From: a virus
Direction: 5' to 3' (one strand)
IMG/VR virus record: IMGVR_UViG_3300015371_000003
Location: 1 to 64,000 of that record
Length of the DNA stretch: 64,000 bases
Part shown: positions 59,056-64,000 of the stretch, in pieces
Layout: the number at the start of each line of letters is the position of its first letter
How positions within the stretch are numbered: the first letter of the stretch is position 1
Translations under genes and position numbers: made by a program
The notes under the pieces: generated by a model
The model's input: the letters and a program-made list of their open reading frames with translations, nothing else
The model's database searches: none
Told to the model about the DNA's origin: nothing

Positions 59056-60232
59056 GGCGTTACAGGAATTGGAACAGCTTGTGGCAGAAGAAGCCGCGTC
59101 ATCGGACACGGGTGAAGATTTGCCAGAGTATGATCCGCTGCCTGAAGACGATGACGATGTGTCAGTCACGTTTCTGGCTGGTCCTGCGGTGAAATGGGAT
59201 CCATCCAAGCACCCGCGTGACAAAGAGGGGCAGTTCACGGACACCGTAGGCACCATCCGAGGAGTGGTTCGCACCACCGCTGAACAGGCCCGCCGGGATC
59301 TGGTCGCACTCGGGAAGAAGGTGGAGCAGTTAGACCACCGTCATGCGAAAGCCGCCGAGGAATCGCGGGTAGCGTGGGCGGCGTTCATGAAAGACGCACG
59401 GGAGCGGAAACGTCCCCTGAAGATTGACGGGGCGGCGGCGAAGAAATTGCCGTCCTACAAAGCCGCGCAAGCCGCCGATGCCAAGGTCATCGCCATTTCC
59501 GAGGAGACATCCCGAGTCGCCAGAGAAGTCAACAAAGAAGCGTTACGACAACTCGTGGTGCCGGAACGGGAGCGGTCCCTTGTGGAGTTTCTGGTTCCCG
59601 AGGGGCAATTGAATCCGGATCCACGGATTGAAGCTGGAATTGGCGACCACGCGAAGCGAGCGTTGGATGTCTTCCGCAAGTACGATGGGTCCGGGGAGTT
59701 GATGGGCGTCCCCATTCCACCGGGGAAAGAAGAACAGTTCAAAGAGATTTTTGGGGACGTGGAGTTTGAACATCTGCCGGATGGAAGTACGTGGGTGACG
59801 AAGAAGCTCCGGTTGACGCGGGCACCGGCTGGTGCGCGGGCCAATGCGTCGGCGTTTGGGGTACAAATTGGTGGGACTCGTGAGTTGGAGCGGACCATCT
59901 ATCACGAGGTGGCGCACCATGTGGAGTTTGCCAACTCGGACATTTATCAGGCCGCTGTGGATCTGCGGGCTTCGCTTGCCAGCGAGTCTACGCCCAAGTC
60001 CTTGAATGACTTGAAGGGCGTGGGTGGGTATGGACCCGAAGAAATTGCGCTGCCGGGAAAATTTCTCGATTCGTATGTGGGCAAGGTCTATCCGGAGGAT
60101 GCACGGGCCACAGAAATGTTGTCCACCGGGATGGAGTACTATCTGACGGACCCGATTCGATTTGCCCGAGAAGCCCCCGAGCATTTCAAGTTTGTGTGGA
60201 ACGTGATGCACGGGAAGTATCGGAGGAAGTAA
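59036..60232 (+). CDS. tagged zincin-like metallopeptidase
   Basis: KWDPSKHPRDKEGQF; IYHEVAHHVE; YVGKVY...TEMLSTGME. Confidence 0.65.
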   Translation: MTESLDKALQELEQLVAEEAASSDTGEDLPEYDPLPEDDDDVSVTFLAGPAVKWDPSKHPRDKEGQFTDTVGTIRGVVRTTAEQARRDLVALGKKVEQLDHRHAKAAEESRVAWAAFMKDARERKRPLKIDGAAAKKLPSYKAAQAADAKVIAISEETSRVAREVNKEALRQLVVPERERSLVEFLVPEGQLNPDPRIEAGIGDHAKRALDVFRKYDGSGELMGVPIPPGKEEQFKEIFGDVEFEHLPDGSTWVTKKLRLTRAPAGARANASAFGVQIGGTRELERTIYHEVAHHVEFANSDIYQAAVDLRASLASESTPKSLNDLKGVGGYGPEEIALPGKFLDSYVGKVYPEDARATEMLSTGMEYYLTDPIRFAREAPEHFKFVWNVMHGKYRRK

Positions 60233-60459
60233 TGGTGGAAGTCGAAGTGTACGGCGAACGAGCACGGTGCCAAAACGGGGTGTGGACGGCGGAGAGTCAG
60301 GCGCTGACGGATCTGCTGAACGCTCCGTGGAATCAGCCGGATGCCTTCCGGTATCGGCTGGATCCGGATATCGATGCGGCGGAGCACGTCGTGAAGACGA
60401 TGGGCGCACAGGTGATTTCCACCGAACCCCCGCCCACTGAACCCGGCGTGGTGTACTGA
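60232..60459 (+). CDS. small acidic protein (candidate immunity partner)
   Basis: TAATG-coupled to the peptidase. Confidence 0.55.
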   Translation: MVEVEVYGERARCQNGVWTAESQALTDLLNAPWNQPDAFRYRLDPDIDAAEHVVKTMGAQVISTEPPPTEPGVVY

Positions 60460-60502
60460 CGAAACCTTAGGAGTTGCACTTGAGTGCAACGGAGCAACGC
60501 CG

Positions 60503-62311
60503 ATGCGGTCGTACCGAGACATTCTCCGGGGGGCATTGCGTTACGTCCACATCCTCAAGTGGGATGAGTCTAAAATTCACCGTAATCCTGCCGGGAGTCC
60601 GGGTAGTTCCGGGGGGCAGTTTGCGAAGATGGGGATGCGGGGGAGTGCGTATGGCACGGCTCCGGTGCCCTCCTCTGAAGCTATTGCCCGTATGCCAAGT
60701 GGGGCACCGGAAGCGATGGCCCACATGCGACGGGCGGGCCTGATCGCACAGCAGGATCGGGAGAAGTATCAGGAATTAGCCGCAGCGGAATCCCAAGCGG
60801 TGCGTCAAGGCGGCGGCGTGGCCGGATGGCGGTCGAGGGATAAAGCCGCAGAGCGGTACAAGGATGTGCTGATCAACCGCCCCCGTGCGGAGAATTTCGA
60901 ACCACCTCCTCCCCCACCCCCAGAACCCACACCAGTACTCACGTCTGGCAGTGCCACCAGTGTCGTGAAGAAATTGGGCGGCAGTTCGAATGCCTGCTAC
61001 GTCGTCCAGATGGAGGATGGTTCCAAAGCCTTCTTCAAACCGGAAGCCGGGGAGACGTGGGAAGCCGGGTTCTGCAACAACGACATTTCCACCTACATCA
61101 CCAATAAAGACTTTTCACTGGCGGAGCGGGAAGCCACCGCACATGAAGTGTCTATCGCGTTGGGGTTTGGGGAGTTGGTGCCGGAAACCCATCTCCGTGA
61201 ACACTTCGACGTGCCGGGGATCGATCTAGCCACCGATGATGAATCCGGCGGCGGTTACGATGAAGACTACGTGCGGAGCCTCTACAACCAGTACCATGAA
61301 AAAGCCCAAGAAAAGGCTTTTGATGAGGCTGGTGAGGAGATGGCGAATCAGTACTATGATGCTCAGCAGGAGCATTTGAGGGATGTCAAGAATCGCGCCG
61401 AGGAAATGACGGATATCTGGAATGAGGTAATTAAGGAATTTCCAGATGGTCCGGACTACGGATCACAGTCGGCGTTGCAAGAACATCCTCGTCTCCCGCT
61501 TGGGTCACAGCACTTCAGCCGCCCCCCGCAGGTCGGGGTGGTTGATCCACTGGACGTGTTGAAAGAAGCGGATGTGGACATCTCGGCGGCGATGAACAAT
61601 GAGGAGCGAGAACGGGTTGCGGACGTGTTCCGTGATCGGTTGAAAGCCGGTCATCAGGAACTAGGCGATGTGGACGAGGAAGCCGCCAAAGACGATCTGG
61701 ATCGGGATCAGTGGTACGAGGATCACCAAAATACCGAGGCACGGTTAATCGAAAGCAAAATTCAGTCGTTTGATTCGTGGCGGCATAGTCAGGGTTACGA
61801 CAGCGGCGATCAAGGAGGGGGCGGCAACGTCTTCAAGAATTCCGAGGCTCCTCATCCTCACGGCGGATCCCTGCAACGGTGGTTAAACAGCGGAGGCCGC
61901 GATGGGGATATGACCCATGAGGAGGCCACGCAATTTGCGGTGCTCGATTATGTGTTGGGCACGATGGATCGGCACGGCAACAACATCATGTTCTCCGGTG
62001 GGAAAGCCTACGCCATTGATAACGGTTATGCCTTCCCCGGCCCGGATACGCCCGATGGGTTTACTTACCGGTCAGATGCCGTACGGGAGTGGATGGGGGA
62101 TGACCAACACCGCGAAGTCCCCGAAAGCACCCGGAATGAAATCTTGGGAGCGATGAATCGGACGGACTGGAAAGCCTTGGTAGACCGTCACCCGAGCATG
62201 AGCCGGGAAGAACGGCAGTCGTTTCTGGACCGGGTGGACAAGATGAAAGAAGCCCTGTCCTACGCCGAGGGGTTGTCCACCCTCTGGCATGACCAGCAAT
62301 TGATGTATTGA
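60503..62311 (+). CDS. tagged HipA/PI3-PI4-kinase-like protein kinase
   Basis: LGGSSN...AFFKP...EREATA...VPET...GSLQ...LDYVLGTMDRHGNN...AIDNGYAFP; long acidic insertion. Confidence 0.8.
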   Translation: MRSYRDILRGALRYVHILKWDESKIHRNPAGSPGSSGGQFAKMGMRGSAYGTAPVPSSEAIARMPSGAPEAMAHMRRAGLIAQQDREKYQELAAAESQAVRQGGGVAGWRSRDKAAERYKDVLINRPRAENFEPPPPPPPEPTPVLTSGSATSVVKKLGGSSNACYVVQMEDGSKAFFKPEAGETWEAGFCNNDISTYITNKDFSLAEREATAHEVSIALGFGELVPETHLREHFDVPGIDLATDDESGGGYDEDYVRSLYNQYHEKAQEKAFDEAGEEMANQYYDAQQEHLRDVKNRAEEMTDIWNEVIKEFPDGPDYGSQSALQEHPRLPLGSQHFSRPPQVGVVDPLDVLKEADVDISAAMNNEERERVADVFRDRLKAGHQELGDVDEEAAKDDLDRDQWYEDHQNTEARLIESKIQSFDSWRHSQGYDSGDQGGGGNVFKNSEAPHPHGGSLQRWLNSGGRDGDMTHEEATQFAVLDYVLGTMDRHGNNIMFSGGKAYAIDNGYAFPGPDTPDGFTYRSDAVREWMGDDQHREVPESTRNEILGAMNRTDWKALVDRHPSMSREERQSFLDRVDKMKEALSYAEGLSTLWHDQQLMY

Positions 62312-62363
62312 AACTTGACATATCCACCATTTGGTGGTAAACTTACTACATGGGGGGTGTGTG

Positions 62364-62588
62364 ATGCACGTGGAATTGCTGGATGTTTCGTCAGGAAATG
62401 AGGAAGTGTACGGCACCGTCCGGATGGACAACGGACAGGTGGTAGTCGAAGGGGACGTGCCCGCCCGTGTCAAACGAGATATCGAATTCGAGCGGCGGCA
62501 CACCGATGTCGGGGACGAAGCGTTTCTTCTGCGCCTTGAACAGCGGGTGTTCACAGGCCGGTATCTGCGGGCGCGATTCGTGAAATAA
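62364..62588 (+). CDS. small protein with its own promoter (candidate antitoxin)
   Basis: TTGACA(62315)-17-TAAACT right after the kinase stop. Confidence 0.55.
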   Translation: MHVELLDVSSGNEEVYGTVRMDNGQVVVEGDVPARVKRDIEFERRHTDVGDEAFLLRLEQRVFTGRYLRARFVK

Positions 62589-62594
62589 TCCCCC

Positions 62595-64000
62595 ATGCTC
62601 CGTATCCACCCGCCGAAGGTGCAACCCATTGCACCCTCCCTTCTTGAAGTCCTGAAGTTTGATCCGAGTGAACCTCGTGATCCTCACGGACGATGGACGA
62701 CTTTCGGCGCGTCCATTCGAGTTGGGGACCGAGAGATTGCCGTAGTCAAACCAGCCCGCGCCAGAGACGATCAACTGGTCCCCCTGAACGTCGTCGCATT
62801 TGATACCGAATTTCAGCGGGAGCAGGGGTTTTATCTGGGCGTCGGTGGAATTGGGGGGATCGGCACCCGCTACCAACGTTTCGGGGACTTCATTGCCTCT
62901 CATGACAGCATCGAAGCGGCGGAAGTGTCCGTGCAGGAGAACGGGCGCGTGGGTTTCACCAACGGACGCCACCGGTATGCGTGGCTCCGTGATCAAGGAT
63001 TGACCACCATTCCCGTAGCCATGACCCCGGAGTCAGTCAGGAACGCCAAGAAGCATGGGTATCTGGCGGCGGTCAAGCTGGCGTGGGATGAGAGCCAACC
63101 TCGTGACGCTAAAGGACGGTGGGCAAAAGGATCAGCAGAACCTCCACCAGTCGGTCCACGTATTGGATTTGTGGGGCCGGATGGGAAGGAGCATGTTGGA
63201 CGTAAGACGGGGGGATTAGGAGGGTATTCCGAAGATCACACGGACACGGCTCGCCGGTTACTAGATAAGGAATACTCCACGGCACTGAGTCAGGCGCAAG
63301 CACGTGGTGGGGATTACCCAAATGCCATTCGTTTGATGTTGGAACAAGGAGCCATTCGGTATTGGGTGCGGAACGGGGAGATTGCGCTGCATTTTCAAGC
63401 AGGCCACCCAAAGACCGTCGAACACGTCATTCAATTTCTGCATGACAATTTTCAGGATGGGGATCGCATTTATATCGACATCGAAGGGGCCGAACCGCAT
63501 GTGCATTTTTTCGATAATGTCGGAGCCGCGAATCGTACTATTCGTCAGACAAAGCCACTCAAGAAGGTGGCGCAAGAGCATTCCTACGGCAACACCCAGA
63601 TTCAAATTGCTCCGACCAGTGCCGCCGCACTTTCTCTGAATATGGCCCGTGCTGCCATCCGCGATGAACATTGCATGGCAACCGGCAAGGATGTGGATCC
63701 GAACCATGTGACGGTGCGCTTCGGCCTCCTGAACGATGATCTGGATGGTCTGCGGTCGTTTATTGTCCGTCAACAGTCCTTCGAAGCTGAGGTCGGAGAG
63801 ATTGAACTATTCCCGGCCAGTGAGCACAGCGATGGAGCCGTGCCCGTCGTGGCCCGCATCGTCAGTCCCGAGTTGCATGCCATCGAAGCGGAGATAGGGC
63901 AGTATGCCGACTTCAAGGATAAGAATTTCCCCGAGTACAAACCCCATTGCACCCTTGCCTACGTCCACCCGGACAAAGCGGATTACTACCGTGATCTGTT
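62595..64000 (+). CDS. polyvalent protein, truncated and absent from the ORF track: tag, ParB-like, tag, unknown, 2H phosphoesterase (Acb1-like)
   Basis: My translation: KFDPSEPRDPHGRW; FTNGRHRYAWL..QG...IPV; WDESQPRDAKGRW; HVTVRFG (63705) and YKPHCTLAY (63945); open to the window end. Confidence 0.8.
   Translation, partial: MLRIHPPKVQPIAPSLLEVLKFDPSEPRDPHGRWTTFGASIRVGDREIAVVKPARARDDQLVPLNVVAFDTEFQREQGFYLGVGGIGGIGTRYQRFGDFIASHDSIEAAEVSVQENGRVGFTNGRHRYAWLRDQGLTTIPVAMTPESVRNAKKHGYLAAVKLAWDESQPRDAKGRWAKGSAEPPPVGPRIGFVGPDGKEHVGRKTGGLGGYSEDHTDTARRLLDKEYSTALSQAQARGGDYPNAIRLMLEQGAIRYWVRNGEIALHFQAGHPKTVEHVIQFLHDNFQDGDRIYIDIEGAEPHVHFFDNVGAANRTIRQTKPLKKVAQEHSYGNTQIQIAPTSAAALSLNMARAAIRDEHCMATGKDVDPNHVTVRFGLLNDDLDGLRSFIVRQQSFEAEVGEIELFPASEHSDGAVPVVARIVSPELHAIEAEIGQYADFKDKNFPEYKPHCTLAYVHPDKADYYRDL

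Noticed and set aside
389-62633. Palindrome as a sigma54 promoter or CRISPR repeat
   Set aside because: GG-to-GC spacing is 9 rather than 10 and most copies lack the GG; copies are kilobases apart with no spacer array.

Overview
This window is 64 kb of a large, GC-rich tailed dsDNA phage genome, almost all on the + strand. No rRNA, tRNA, CRISPR array or integrase was seen. Core genes: terminase large subunit (3977-5977), portal (53860-55854), family A DNA polymerase with an intein (47085-50276), virion/tail proteins (7.5-9.8 kb, 31.7-39.7 kb) and a 1510-aa polysaccharide-lyase-like protein. Two PEP-CTERM proteins and an outer-membrane beta-barrel point to a diderm, exosortase-bearing host (Acidobacteriota is my inference). 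Five observations stand out. (1) Unrelated enzymatic effectors (ART-like, zincins, HipA/PI3K-like kinase, ParB-like, Acb1-like 2H phosphoesterase) share one short peptide tag, K-[WF]-D-x-S-x-(H)-P-R-D-x-x-G-[QR]-[FW]. There are 8 copies, mostly right after the portal, suggesting a virion-loading or processing address. (2) About 20 near-consensus sigma70 promoters drive leaders in which the Shine-Dalgarno sits in an A(N)GGAG stem-loop (the CsrA/RsmA site geometry), and the phage encodes a CsrA-like protein. (3) A 14-bp palindrome (TGCAATCGATTGCA-like) recurs at least 27 times, every 0.8-5 kb. (4) An HNH endonuclease is overprinted in the +1 frame inside the polymerase intein. (5) A PPDK-derived dikinase with a novel C-terminal domain clusters with two CX5R phosphatases and a bL12-domain protein. 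All calls come from reading motifs by eye; no database searches were run.
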